A DNA stretch of 64,000 nucleotides from an uncultured delta proteobacterium (lineage in GTDB: Bacteria > Myxococcota_A > Polyangia > Fen-1088). A program made the position numbers and the translations under genes. The notes below the pieces were generated by a model. The model saw nothing but the letters and a program-made list of their open reading frames with translations, was not told the origin of the DNA and searched no databases. Positions 9,667 through 21,255 of this stretch are shown here, in pieces. The stretch is from NCBI GenBank assembly GCA_963767925.1, contig CAVYGB010000008.1, forward strand, positions 480,001 through 544,000, read 5' to 3'. Each line of letters opens with the position of its first letter. Positions within the stretch are counted from its first letter, which is position 1.

Positions 9667-12333
9667 TCAGAAGGTCCCCCGCAGGCCGAGCAGCGGCAAG
9701 ATCGGCAACCCGCGCACGGGGGCGCTGCCCCGGTAGCGGTAATCGTGCAGCACGTCCTCGGCGTTCACCGCGTTCGTCACGTTCTGCACGTCGAGGTAGA
9801 GCCCCAGCTTCAGCAGCGGCAAAGTGAAGGTGCGCTCGATTCGTAGATCGAGCTGGGAGAAGGCGGCCTGCCGGGCGGAGTAGGGGAGACCCCGTTCGGG
9901 CGAGAAGGCCCCGAAGTCGAGGTCGGCGAAGGCGCCGGTGATGGGCGTTATCGGGCGGCCGCTCACCAGGCGGTAGCGCAGGCCGAGCTCCCAGCTCTGC
10001 CGCCGGTAGCTGGCCACCGCCACCAGGTTGTGGGTCTGGTCGAAGGTGGCCGGGCGCCAGCGGGCGCGGACGCCCTCGTCCTGCTGGGCGCCCCGGGGGC
10101 TGGCCAGGCCGGCTTCGATCTCGTCGGCGAAGTCGGCGCTCTGCTCGGCGCGCGAGAGGGTGTAAGCGATCCAGCCGTAGAAGTGCCGGGTGAGCGGCCA
10201 GCGCAGCAGGAGCTCGATCCCGCGGGCCCGCGCCTGTCCCAGGCTGGAGAAGCGCTCGGCGCTCGGCACCGGGATGTGCGTCCGGGTCAGGTCGAACAGG
10301 GTGGCGCCGACCTGCAGCGCGCGGCCGAGGTCCCCGTCGACACCGAGCTGGAGCTGGCGGGCGCGGGTCAGGGCCAGGGCCGGGTTGCCGAACTCGTCGT
10401 CGAGGTAACGGGGGTTGGGGAGCTGGTGGTAGAGGCCGGCGCCCGCTCGCAGGGCCAGGTGGGCCCCCACCTGCCAGCGCAGCAGCAGCCGGGGGTCGAC
10501 CGAGTGGCGGCGGGTGTGCACGACGAAATACGAGTCGGCGCGCACGCCGGGCACGATCTGCAGGCCGGGCAGGGGCGAGAGGCGCGCCTCCATCCAGAGG
10601 GCGGGGGCGAGGTCGACGAAGGCCCGGCTGGCCACCACCCGATCGGGGCGGGCCAGGCCGAAGGTGCGGCCCTCGCGGGGGAAGGCGAAGTCGAAGCGGG
10701 CCCAGTCGTAGCTGAAGACGCCGTCGAAGCCGAGCGACAGGCCGAGGCGGGGGCCGAAGTCGCGGCTCAGATCCTCGCGCAGGTACAGGCGGTGGTTGCG
10801 GATGGTGCCGCGATCGCGGGCGGCGGCGAAGCCGTCGTCGCCGTAGCCGTAGGCCGGCTGCAGCCGCGAGCGCCAGGCTCCCAAGGTGGTGGTCCAGGTG
10901 AGCAGGGCCCGGTGGAAGCGGACGTGGGTGTCGAGCTCGATGCGCCGGTTGGGGTCGGCGCTCACCACATCGAGATCGTCGTCGGAGCCGAAGGCGAAGA
11001 ACGACAGCCGGCCGCCGCCGGCGGGTAGATGATCGATGCGGGCCTGGTAGTCCCAGTAGGCCGGGACGGCGGTGCTGAAGGTGGAGCCGGGGCGCTCGGG
11101 GACCACCGCCGGCAGGATGAAGTCGATGGCGCTGCGGCGGGCGGCGACGGTGATCGAGGTGGCCCGGCCGACGGGGGTCTCGATCAGGAAGGAGCCATCG
11201 AGCGGGCTGAGCTCGACCGCGCCGTGGACCTGGCGGGAAAGGGGCGGCTCCCGGCTGGTGACGTCGATGACCCCCGCGGTGATGCGGCCGTAGCGGGCGC
11301 CGAAGCCGCCGGGGAAGAAGTCGATGCGCCCGACCAGCGCCGCCGGGATCACCGAGGGGCCCACCAGGAAGTGGTAGAGGGCGGGCAGGGCCAGCCCGTC
11401 GAGGAAGACGCCCGAGTCGACCGGGGAGGCGCCCCGCACCACCAGGAGCCCCAGGCCGTAGGGCGGCCGGGCCACGCCGGGGAGGCTCTGCACCGCCCGC
11501 AGGGGATCGCCCATCGTGCCCGGGACCGACCGGGCCTCGGCGGGGGCAAGCACGTGCCGGGCCTGTTCGGGGCCGGGCGGCGGCGGCGTCACGACCGTCT
11601 CGTAGCCGGGACCCTGCAAGGCCCCGGTCAGGCAGCTCCAGAGGGCGGGCGCCTCCCACACCAGCTCCATCGGCTCGAAGTCCCGCACGCAGGGCGCGTG
11701 CCCGGGATCGAGGACGGTGACCCGCAGGCCGGCTGCCCAGGGCATCCCCGCCGGCAGCCGCAGGTCGAACCGTCCCTCGGCGTCGGTCTCGCCAGCGATC
11801 GCGCCCGCGGGCACGAGGTCGCCGGCCCGGGGGGCGACAAGGACCTGGGCGCCCGGAAGCGGCGCCCGGGTCCCCCGCTCGCGGACCCGGCCCCGGATCA
11901 CCACCCGCCCCGGCTCCGGGGCGCGCGGGGTGGCTCGCGAAAGCGGCGCGACCGCTGGCGGGGCGGAGGTGGGCCGCGGCGGGCGAAAATGAACCACGTA
12001 CTGAAACCGGATGGAAGAGGGACGGCCGTCGACCTCCGCGGGCAGAAAGCGGGTCTCCTGGATGGCCACCAGCGCGGCCTCGTCGAAGGCCTCGCCCGCC
12101 GAGGTGAGGACGGTCGCCCGGGTCACGCGCCCGTCGGTGTCGATGTCGACCTGGAGGGTGACGTCCGCGCCGAGTCCCCGGGCCAGCGCCTCGGCCGGGT
12201 AGACCGGCGCGGGCGGGCTGAGGGCGGCCGGGGGTCGGGTGAGGCGGAGGGTGCTCGGAGCCTGGGCGCGCGCGGTCGCGCCGGCGGCGATCAGCAACAG
12301 CCCGAGGAGCGCCCGCCCGGCCCGCCCGCGCAC
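9667..12333 (-). CDS. TonB-dependent receptor with N-terminal TonB C-terminal domain and carboxypeptidase-regulatory-like domain
   Basis: Signal peptide, then PVYPAEA..DIDTDGRV..FDEAALVA (TonB_C), IRGRVRERGTRAPL, plug GDPLRAVQSLPGV..FFPGGFGARYG, and barrel end LYLDVQNV..LGLRGTF with a terminal Phe. Confidence 0.9.
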   Translation of the reverse strand: MRGRAGRALLGLLLIAAGATARAQAPSTLRLTRPPAALSPPAPVYPAEALARGLGADVTLQVDIDTDGRVTRATVLTSAGEAFDEAALVAIQETRFLPAEVDGRPSSIRFQYVVHFRPPRPTSAPPAVAPLSRATPRAPEPGRVVIRGRVRERGTRAPLPGAQVLVAPRAGDLVPAGAIAGETDAEGRFDLRLPAGMPWAAGLRVTVLDPGHAPCVRDFEPMELVWEAPALWSCLTGALQGPGYETVVTPPPPGPEQARHVLAPAEARSVPGTMGDPLRAVQSLPGVARPPYGLGLLVVRGASPVDSGVFLDGLALPALYHFLVGPSVIPAALVGRIDFFPGGFGARYGRITAGVIDVTSREPPLSRQVHGAVELSPLDGSFLIETPVGRATSITVAARRSAIDFILPAVVPERPGSTFSTAVPAYWDYQARIDHLPAGGGRLSFFAFGSDDDLDVVSADPNRRIELDTHVRFHRALLTWTTTLGAWRSRLQPAYGYGDDGFAAARDRGTIRNHRLYLREDLSRDFGPRLGLSLGFDGVFSYDWARFDFAFPREGRTFGLARPDRVVASRAFVDLAPALWMEARLSPLPGLQIVPGVRADSYFVVHTRRHSVDPRLLLRWQVGAHLALRAGAGLYHQLPNPRYLDDEFGNPALALTRARQLQLGVDGDLGRALQVGATLFDLTRTHIPVPSAERFSSLGQARARGIELLLRWPLTRHFYGWIAYTLSRAEQSADFADEIEAGLASPRGAQQDEGVRARWRPATFDQTHNLVAVASYRRQSWELGLRYRLVSGRPITPITGAFADLDFGAFSPERGLPYSARQAAFSQLDLRIERTFTLPLLKLGLYLDVQNVTNAVNAEDVLHDYRYRGSAPVRGLPILPLLGLRGTF

Positions 12334-12343
12334 GAAGCGCCCT

Positions 12344-13174
12344 TTACAGCCGGTCGAGGGGGATCGGCCAGCTTCCGCCGGCGGGGCCGAAGCCGGCCGC
12401 GACCCGGCCCAGCGAGCCGGCGTCGGCGAACACGGTCCCCTCCAGCCGGTAGGGGATCTCGCCCGACATCGCCCGGCCCGCCCTGAGCTGATCGACGGAC
12501 TGCCGCGCGAGCTGCTCCAGCACGGGCGCCAGGGCCGAGGGCAGGAGCGCCAGGCGGGCGGTGACGTCGATGCTGGAGGCGGCCAGGACCCGGGGGGCGG
12601 AGAACCCGGAGGGCTGGCCGCCCGCCGCGCCCACGCCCCGGGCGACCAGCAGGTTGGCCACCGCGCCGGGGAAGTCTCCGATCGACTTGATGTCCCCGGG
12701 CGCCTCCCGGCAGCCGGCGGAGTTGCTCCCCCCCTGGCAGCTCGCGTCCCCCGGCTCGCACATCCGGAGGCAGACGGCCCCCAGGCTCTGGTTGACCCGC
12801 TCGGGGAAGACCGTCACCGCGGTCAACAGCTCCGACAGGGGCAGGGGCAGGCGGTTGGGGTTGGCCACCCGGAAGGTCAGGTCGAAGCCGATCTCCATGG
12901 TCGAGGCGTCGGGCGGCCGGCCGAAGAGCTGGTTGCAGACCAGGTTGGCGGCGATGCCCAGGCCGGCCCGCTCCTGCAGCACCTTCGGGCAATAGAAGGC
13001 CGACAGATCCTTCTGCGACGGGGACTTGACCAGGGAGGCGCCCAGAAAATTCACCTCGGGTGGCCGGACGAGCCCGCTGGCCAGCAGCTGGTCGAGGCCG
13101 GCGCACGACGAGCTACCGAGCAGCGCGACGGTCAGGCCCAGGAGCGGAAGGACGAGGCGGCGTGGAGGGTTCAA
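12344..13174 (-). CDS. Lipoprotein with LEA_2-like region
   Basis: Lipobox-like GSSS-C; FDLTFRVANPNRLPLPL and IPYRLEGTVF are LEA_2-like; first gene of the receptor operon. Confidence 0.62.
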   Translation of the reverse strand: MNPPRRLVLPLLGLTVALLGSSSCAGLDQLLASGLVRPPEVNFLGASLVKSPSQKDLSAFYCPKVLQERAGLGIAANLVCNQLFGRPPDASTMEIGFDLTFRVANPNRLPLPLSELLTAVTVFPERVNQSLGAVCLRMCEPGDASCQGGSNSAGCREAPGDIKSIGDFPGAVANLLVARGVGAAGGQPSGFSAPRVLAASSIDVTARLALLPSALAPVLEQLARQSVDQLRAGRAMSGEIPYRLEGTVFADAGSLGRVAAGFGPAGGSWPIPLDRL

Positions 13175-13292
13175 GCACCGCCGAGCTTATCAGCGCCGCC
13201 CGGGAGTTGGGACAGGGTTCGGACCAGTCGGGCCCGAGCGAAGCGAGGGAACCCGGCTACTCGAAAACAGCCCCTAGATCGGGACGGTGGGG

Positions 13293-14813
13293 TCAGCGGG
13301 GGGTGCGGCCGGAGGGCGTGCGCCGGCGGCCCGGCGTCCTGAGTGGGGTCGGCCGGGTGCCGGCCGGCTTGCTCGGGGGAGCGGCGGCAGACGGGACGGC
13401 GGGCGGGGCGGTCCTTGTCCCGCTGGCGGCCGCGGGGAGACGGGCCGCCGGCCGTGATGGGGCCCCGTTGCGCCCGACGGGCACGGGGGGGGCCGGGGCC
13501 TCGATGCGCTCGACGACGGCCCGGGCGGGGGGAGGCGGCGGGGGGCCCGGTCGCAGCAGGGCCCGCTCGAGCCGCCGCCGCTGCCAGATGGCCCCGGAGG
13601 CGAAGCCGAGGGCGGCCAGGACGCCGGCCTGGACGAACCGCAGCCGGGATCGATCGATGGGCGGCCCGTCGAAGATGCTCCAGCGCCGCCAGCGGACGGC
13701 GGCCGTCTTCTCGGCGGGCGGCGCCGGAGGCAGCGAGGCGCGCCGGGGAGGCGGGGCGGCGCCGCGCGGCCGCTCGGGGTCCGCGCGCTCCGGCAGCGGC
13801 GAGGAGCCGGAGACGGCCACGTCCATGGTCGCCTCCACCAGCAGCGCCACCCCCCGGGCCATCAGCTCGCGGCCCGGGGTGCAGCGGCCGAGCTCGGCGG
13901 CCATCTCCTCGGCGGTCTGGAAGCGGCGCTGCGGGTCGCGATCGAGCGCGCGCCGGACCGCGGCCTCGAGCGCAGCCGGGATGTCGGAGCGGAGCGAGGC
14001 GAGCGGAGGGATGGGACCCTCCAGCACGGCGGTGGCGGTCTCCTGATCGCTCTCGCGCCGGAACAGGCGCCGCTGCGCCAGCATCTCCCACAGCGCCACG
14101 CCCAGCGAGAACAGGTCGGCCCGCCGGTCGACCGGGTGGCCGGCCACCTGCTCGGGCGCGAGGTAGGCGGCGGTCCCCGCCTCCAGGTCGAGCTGGGTGC
14201 GCCGGCGTCCCAGCCGCCGGTCGGCGGCCCGGGCCGCGCCGAAGTCGACGAGCTTGACGGCGCCCGAGCGGAGCAACATGACGTGCCCCGGGCGCACGTC
14301 GCGGTGGACGAGCTCGCTCGGGCTGGTGCTGCCGAGGGTGGCGCGGTGCACGTGGGCCAGGGCCAGGGCGATCTCGGCGGCGACGTGGGCGGCGACGTCG
14401 GTGGGCATCCAGCCCCCGGTCAGCGACAGCGCCGTGAGGAGCTGCGAGACGCTGCGGCCCTCGAGCAGCTCGAGGGCCAGGAAGATCGAGCCGGCCACGT
14501 TGCCGTGGTCCTCGAGCCGGACGATGTTCGGGTGGTCGAGCTGCGAGAGGACCTCGATCTCGTGCGACAGCTCGCGGGCCGCCTCGAGGGCGGCCTCCCC
14601 CTCGCCGCGCGGGATCTTCACCGCGCAGGGGACCGGCGCCCCCTTGTCGGTCGAGCGCTCGGCCCGGTAGAGCTCGGTGCGTCGCCCCCGCCGGATGAGC
14701 TGCAGCAGGCGGTAGCGGCCCAGCAGCCGGCCCCGCCCCAGCCGCATCGTGATCTCCTCGTCCCCCCCGGCGGCCTGCCCCTCGCTGTCTGCCCGTGAGC
14801 CCGCTTTGTCCAC
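13293..14813 (-). CDS. Ser/Thr protein kinase, possibly a pseudokinase, with a C-terminal TM segment and Pro-rich tail
   Basis: CAVK, HPNIVRL, HRDVRPGH, DFG, YLAPE and DLFSLG are present; the Gly-loop reads RRGRRT. Start is uncertain. Confidence 0.85.
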   Translation of the reverse strand: MDKAGSRADSEGQAAGGDEEITMRLGRGRLLGRYRLLQLIRRGRRTELYRAERSTDKGAPVPCAVKIPRGEGEAALEAARELSHEIEVLSQLDHPNIVRLEDHGNVAGSIFLALELLEGRSVSQLLTALSLTGGWMPTDVAAHVAAEIALALAHVHRATLGSTSPSELVHRDVRPGHVMLLRSGAVKLVDFGAARAADRRLGRRRTQLDLEAGTAAYLAPEQVAGHPVDRRADLFSLGVALWEMLAQRRLFRRESDQETATAVLEGPIPPLASLRSDIPAALEAAVRRALDRDPQRRFQTAEEMAAELGRCTPGRELMARGVALLVEATMDVAVSGSSPLPERADPERPRGAAPPPRRASLPPAPPAEKTAAVRWRRWSIFDGPPIDRSRLRFVQAGVLAALGFASGAIWQRRRLERALLRPGPPPPPPARAVVERIEAPAPPVPVGRNGAPSRPAARLPAAASGTRTAPPAVPSAAAPPSKPAGTRPTPLRTPGRRRTPSGRTPR

Positions 14814-14951
14814 CTGCCCCGTGATTGTAGGTGGCAGGGGGAGGATTTCAAGCAGGAAATGTATCTTAACTTACTGTTTAGTGCGCGGCGTAAGCGGCGT
14901 CAGAGCGTCCATTGCAGGTGGGGTCCCGGCCAGCCGATGGTGACAGGAGAA

Positions 14952-16836
<1,885 letters not shown>

Positions 16837-16865
<29 letters not shown>

Positions 16866-17829
16866 CGTGTTTGGCCGGGGCGGCCCGGCTGCCCAGGGCG
16901 CGGGCGATGGCCCGCTCGGCGAGGGGGGCCATCACCGCGTAGCCGGCGGCGTTGGGGTGCAGCCCATCGTCGGTGAGGGGCGCCTTGAGGCGGCCCTCGG
17001 CGTCGGCCAGGGCGGCGTGGTAGTCGAGGTAGACGTGCCCCTTGGCCCGGGCCTGGCGCTCGAGCCAGGTGTTGAGGGCCCGCACCTGCTCGGGTGGGCG
17101 GTCGCGGCTGCGCACGATGGGCGCGCCGTCGGCGCCCTTCTTCTCGTCGGTGATTGGGAGGACCGAGGCGATGACGACCTTGATCCGGTTGGCGCTGGCC
17201 AGGTCGGCCAGGCTGGCCAGGTTGTTCTGGATCGCCTCCGGCGTGGTGGGGCCGCTGTTGCCGGCCAGGTCGTTGGTCCCGGCGAGGATCACCACCGCCG
17301 CCGGCTGCAGGGCCACCACGTCGGCCCGAAAGCGGACCAGCATCTGGGCGGTGGTCTGCCCGCCGATGCCCCGGTTGAGGTACGGCTTGCCGGGGAAGAA
17401 GCCGCCGTAGCCCTTCTTGGACCAGTTGTCGGTGATCGAGTCGCCGAAGAACACGACCCGCTTCTCGCCGGGCCGGGCGGGGGTCAGGGCGGTGTTGGCC
17501 GCCTGGAAGCGGCCGAGCCGGGGCCAGTCGACCAGGTTGTAGTCGGCGCAGGCCTGCCGCTCGGCGGGGGCGGTCAGGCGGGCGCAGCCCTTGGAGAACA
17601 CGGGGTACTTCTCGCCGGGGGCGCGGGCGGCGTATTGCCCGGGAAAATCGACGATGGGGGTGGGGTCGGGCGGGGGCACCGCCGGAGTGGGGGCCGGCGC
17701 GGCCGGGGCCGGGGCGGTCGCCGGGGCGGGGGCAGGGTCTCCCGGGCGGGGCTGGGCGTGAAGCGAGCTGCCCGTGAGGGTCAGCGTGAGCGCGGTGGCG
17801 AGCCACCCGCCGTGTCGTCTCGGGTTCAT
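16837..17829 (-). CDS. Secreted SGNH/GDSL hydrolase
   Basis: VVFFGDSIT, NRGIGGQTT, ILAGTND and DGLHP; signal peptide after ATG 17829 with a GGAGG SD. Confidence 0.9.
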
Positions 17830-17867
17830 CGGACCTCCTGTTGCTGCACGGGTCATCATCGTCGGTC

Positions 17868-18344
17868 TCACCTGCGGGCGGCCTCGTCGAGGGCCGCGCC
17901 GCTGAGCCGGAAGCGGGTCCACTGCGGGACCGCCACCGCTCCCAGGCTCTCGTAAAAGGCGATGGCCGGCTGGTTCCAGTCGAGCACCGACCACTCCAGG
18001 CGGCCACAGCGGCGCTCGACGGCGAGCCGGACCAGGTGGAGCAGGAGGGCCTTGCCGACGCCGCGGCGGCGCAGGGCCGGCCGGACGAAGAGGTCCTCGA
18101 GGTACAGGCCGGGCCGGGCCAGGAAGGTAGAGAAGCTGGTGAAGAACACGGCGAAGCCAGCCGCCTCGCCCTGCCACTTTGCGATCAGGGCCTCGGCGGC
18201 CGGGCGCGGTCCGAAGAGGCACTCCGCGAGCTCGCTCTCGCTGGCGACCACCTCGTGGGCCAGCCGCTCGTATTCGGCGAGCTCGCGGATGAACCGGAGG
18301 AGGAGCGGAACGTCCGCCGGTTGCGCGGCGCGGATCGCGATCAC
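17868..18344 (-). CDS. GNAT N-acetyltransferase (diamine acetyltransferase-like)
   Basis: IRELAEYE, FSTFLARPGLYLEDLFV, RRRGVGKALL and RLEWSVLDWNQPAIAFY. Confidence 0.92.
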   Translation of the reverse strand: MIAIRAAQPADVPLLLRFIRELAEYERLAHEVVASESELAECLFGPRPAAEALIAKWQGEAAGFAVFFTSFSTFLARPGLYLEDLFVRPALRRRGVGKALLLHLVRLAVERRCGRLEWSVLDWNQPAIAFYESLGAVAVPQWTRFRLSGAALDEAARR

Positions 18345-18368
18345 GCCCCGGTCATACCACGGGGCCCC

Positions 18369-19277
18369 TCAGTTGAAGGTGGCGGTGAAGGCGAGCGAAA
18401 AGCCGAACAGGGTCCAGGTCGGTTTGCTGTTCATGAGGACCTCCGAGTCCTTGACCCGGGCGGCGAAGAGCTGGCCGGCCACCCCGAGACCCCAGTTGTC
18501 CGAGACCCACCACTCCTTGCCGCCCACCAGGTTCAGGCCCAGGCCGGCGTCCGACTCGCTCACGGTGACGCTCTCCTCGCCGGTGGTGTCCTCGAGCGAG
18601 GACCGGGCCACCAGGAGCGAAGCGGCGAGGAAGGTGTTGGTCGGCATGAAATAGTAGGCCGCCCCGACGCCGAAGCCAGTCGCGTCTGCCGTCCGGTTGC
18701 TCAACGAGCTCGTGCTGGCGCCCCGCTTGACGTCCGGGTTGACCGCCGAGTCGACGAGGAGCTCGCCGAACAGGGCCAGGTTCTCGGTCACGGCGGCGCC
18801 GACGGCGATGTCGATGCCCAGGCCGGCGCCGCTGATCGAGCTGTCCACCCCGGCGAGGTCGGCGCTCATGTGCGTGTACCCGGGCCCGAGCATCATGCGC
18901 AGGTAAAAGCCGTCGTGGCGGTGGGCGCCCGGATCGAGCGCGATGGCGCCGAGGCCCGGGTACTGGGCGGCGGGGTAGCCGGGAGGGGGCTGCCCGGGGG
19001 CGGGGTAGCCGGGCGGCGGATAACCGGGGGCGGGGTAGCCAGGTGGCGGATATCCAGGGACGGGCGGCGGGGCCTGGACCGGCTGCGCCGGGTAGGGGTA
19101 AGGCGCGGGTGCAGCGGGAGGTGGCGCCGGGTAGGGCGCGGGCGGCGGTGGCGGCTGAGCCCCGGCCGTCGCGGGGGCGAAGGTCGCGAGCGAGATCGCG
19201 AGGGAGATCGCGAAAGAGCTCCCGAGGGAGGACCCCCCCCGGACGATCGCAAGCTGGGTGAGGGCGTGGCGCTTCAT
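18369..19277 (-). CDS. Outer-membrane beta-barrel protein with Pro/Tyr/Gly-rich N-terminal repeats
   Basis: Signal peptide, PPPGY/PAPGY repeats, HRHDGFYLR, amphipathic strands, GKEWWVSDNWGLG and C-terminal FTATFN. Confidence 0.72.
   Translation of the reverse strand: MKRHALTQLAIVRGGSSLGSSFAISLAISLATFAPATAGAQPPPPPAPYPAPPPAAPAPYPYPAQPVQAPPPVPGYPPPGYPAPGYPPPGYPAPGQPPPGYPAAQYPGLGAIALDPGAHRHDGFYLRMMLGPGYTHMSADLAGVDSSISGAGLGIDIAVGAAVTENLALFGELLVDSAVNPDVKRGASTSSLSNRTADATGFGVGAAYYFMPTNTFLAASLLVARSSLEDTTGEESVTVSESDAGLGLNLVGGKEWWVSDNWGLGVAGQLFAARVKDSEVLMNSKPTWTLFGFSLAFTATFN
18955..19060 (-). repeat. Imperfect 15-bp coding repeat (P-x-P-G-Y)n
   Basis: Translates as PVPGYPPPGYPAPGYPPPGYPAPGQPPPGYPAAQYPG; boundaries are approximate. 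Confidence 0.7.
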
Positions 19278-19353
19278 GAAGCGCACTCTGGCACCGGGCT
19301 GCGCGGGACCTGCGATTTGATTTTGACGCATTTTAGGACAGGCCGGCCACCCC

Positions 19354-19381
19354 TCAAGGGCCCTGACCGATCCGTCGAACA
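19354..19381 (+). promoter_or_regulatory. sigma28-like promoter of the FHA gene
   Basis: TCAA-N16-GTCGAACA. Confidence 0.5.
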
Positions 19382-19399
19382 CCAGAGGTGCGAGCCACG

Positions 19400-19903
19400 A
19401 TGGCCAAATACGTTGCGGACTACGTCGACGACCTGCGCGCCCACGGGGCCAGCAAGATGTCCACGGAGACGATTCATCCTGCCCTGGTGCTGACCGGGGT
19501 GGTGGGGACCCTGCGCGAGCAGAAGCGCGCTTCGGGCACGATGGCCACCGACATGACCGAGATGTTGACCCTGAGCAAGCTGGTGGGCAGGGTCTTTCCG
19601 GTCAGCAAGCGCAAGGACTCGCCCCCCGGACCGGTGGTGGTGGGGCGCAGCTCCGAGAACGACGTCTCCATCGCCGACTACTCGATCTCCAACCGCCACT
19701 GCTTCTTCGTCATCGGGGGCCGCGAGCCCCAGCTCATCGATTGTGGCTCCACCAACGGAACCCTGATCAATGGTACGAAGGCGCCCGCCAAGCAGCCGGT
19801 GTCCCTCAAGGGGGGCGAGACCGTGGTCATCGGCCGGTTCGCCTTCCTGTTCTTCCGTCCGGTCGGATTCCTCGAGTACCTGGTCCAGCAGCAGCAGGGC
19901 TGA
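19400..19903 (+). CDS. FHA-domain protein
   Basis: VVVGRSSENDV..SISNRHC..DCGSTNGTLING, the conserved FHA G-R, S-x-x-H and NG residues. An alternative GTG start is at 19388. Confidence 0.9.
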   Translation: MAKYVADYVDDLRAHGASKMSTETIHPALVLTGVVGTLREQKRASGTMATDMTEMLTLSKLVGRVFPVSKRKDSPPGPVVVGRSSENDVSIADYSISNRHCFFVIGGREPQLIDCGSTNGTLINGTKAPAKQPVSLKGGETVVIGRFAFLFFRPVGFLEYLVQQQQG

Positions 19904-19951
19904 GCGGTCGCCTCTCTCGGACCTCGCCGGGGTCCGAGACACGGATTTGAC

Positions 19952-19979
19952 TCAAGGTTCTTCCGCCCGGATCCGATGC
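19952..19979 (+). promoter_or_regulatory. sigma28-like promoter of the sigma54 activator gene
   Basis: TCAA-N16-TCCGATGC, with 7 nt between it and ATG 19987. Confidence 0.55.
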
Positions 19980-19986
19980 TTGCGAC

Positions 19987-21198
19987 ATGGACCTGACACG
20001 GACGTTCGCCGGTGACCCCGGGTCATCGGCGTCCGCCGCTAAGACCACGTTCCAGGATGGGCTGGTGTGCTCCCCGGTCTCACCGCTGGTCGACCTGCGG
20101 CGGACCTGCATCCGGGTAGCCGCCACCCAGGCGACGGTGCTCCTGACCGGGGAGACGGGCACCGGCAAGGAGGTCTTCGCCCGGCTCATCCACGCCAACA
20201 GCCCGCGGGCCAAGCACCCCTTCGTGCCGGTCAACTGCAGCGCCATCCCCGAGGCCCTGCTGGAGAGCGAGCTGTTCGGGTACGTCAAGGGGGCCTTCAC
20301 CGGCGCGACCCATCCCCGCCGGGGGCGGGTGGCGCTGGGCGAAGGTGGCACCCTCATGCTCGACGAGATCGGCGAGCTGCCCCTGGGCCTGCAGGTCAAG
20401 CTGCTGCGCCTGCTGCAAGAGCGCACCTACGAGCCGGTGGGCAGCTCGGAGTCAGTGGTGGCCGACTTCCGCCTGGTGGCCGCCACCAACCGCAACCTCG
20501 TCGAGGAGGTGCGGCTGGGCCGCTTCCGCAAGGACCTCTACTACCGCCTCAATGTCTGCCCCATCCACCTGCCGCCGCTGCGCGAGCGGCGGGGCGACAT
20601 CGCCGAGCTGTTCTTTCACTTCTGGCAAGGCCGCGGCGAGCGCCGCGAGATCGACGCCGCCGTGATCGAGCGCCTGCAGCTCTACGAGTGGCCGGGCAAC
20701 GTGCGCGAGCTCGAGAACCTCGTCGAGCGGCTGTCGGTGATCGCCGAGGGGGACGTGATCCGGCTGGAGGATCTGCCCTCGCCGCTGTGGGAGCCGGTCG
20801 AGCACGCGGAGTCGAGCTCGCTGGAGACCACCTCGCTGCTGACCAGCGGCTACTCGATCGCGGTGCCGCCGGCCTCGACGCCGGAGCCGAGCTTCCCCTT
20901 CGAGCGGCCGCTCCCCCTGACCACCCCGACGCCGGCCCCCCTGGATCCGGAGGGGGTGCGCGAGCTCCTCACCGACGCCGAGGGGGGGACGCCCCGCCCC
21001 GAGGTGCTGCCCCGGCCCCACCTGGCCTTACCGGTAGACCTGCCTGGCTACCTGCGCGACCTGGAGAAGGCCTACATCGACGAGGCCCTGACCCAGACGG
21101 GAGGCAACAAGAAGGAGGCCGCCCGCCTGCTGGGAATGGGGCGCACGACCCTCGTCGAGAAGCTCCGCCGCCGCAACGCCGGCACGTCAGCGGCCTGA
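19987..21198 (+). CDS. sigma54-dependent activator (bEBP; FleQ/FlrA-like position) lacking an N-terminal sensory domain
   Basis: [45 protein letters not shown] and a C-terminal Fis HTH ([20 protein letters not shown]). Confidence 0.93.
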   Translation: MDLTRTFAGDPGSSASAAKTTFQDGLVCSPVSPLVDLRRTCIRVAATQATVLLTGETGTGKEVFARLIHANSPRAKHPFVPVNCSAIPEALLESELFGYVKGAFTGATHPRRGRVALGEGGTLMLDEIGELPLGLQVKLLRLLQERTYEPVGSSESVVADFRLVAATNRNLVEEVRLGRFRKDLYYRLNVCPIHLPPLRERRGDIAELFFHFWQGRGERREIDAAVIERLQLYEWPGNVRELENLVERLSVIAEGDVIRLEDLPSPLWEPVEHAESSSLETTSLLTSGYSIAVPPASTPEPSFPFERPLPLTTPTPAPLDPEGVRELLTDAEGGTPRPEVLPRPHLALPVDLPGYLRDLEKAYIDEALTQTGGNKKEAARLLGMGRTTLVEKLRRRNAGTSAA

Positions 21199-21227
21199 CC
21201 GCGACACACCCCTGACGAGATCGGGGG

Positions 21228-21243
21228 CGGCACACCGCCTGCA
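21228..21243 (+). promoter_or_regulatory. sigma54 -24/-12 promoter
   Basis: CGGCACACCGCCTGCA: GG-N10-GC with a GGCAC core. Confidence 0.65.
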
Positions 21244-21255
21244 GCGGCCCTGGCC

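Noticed and set aside
13228..13252. GGGCCCGAGCGAAGCGAGGG as a REP element
   Set aside because: Only one copy was seen in the window and there is no associated transposase.
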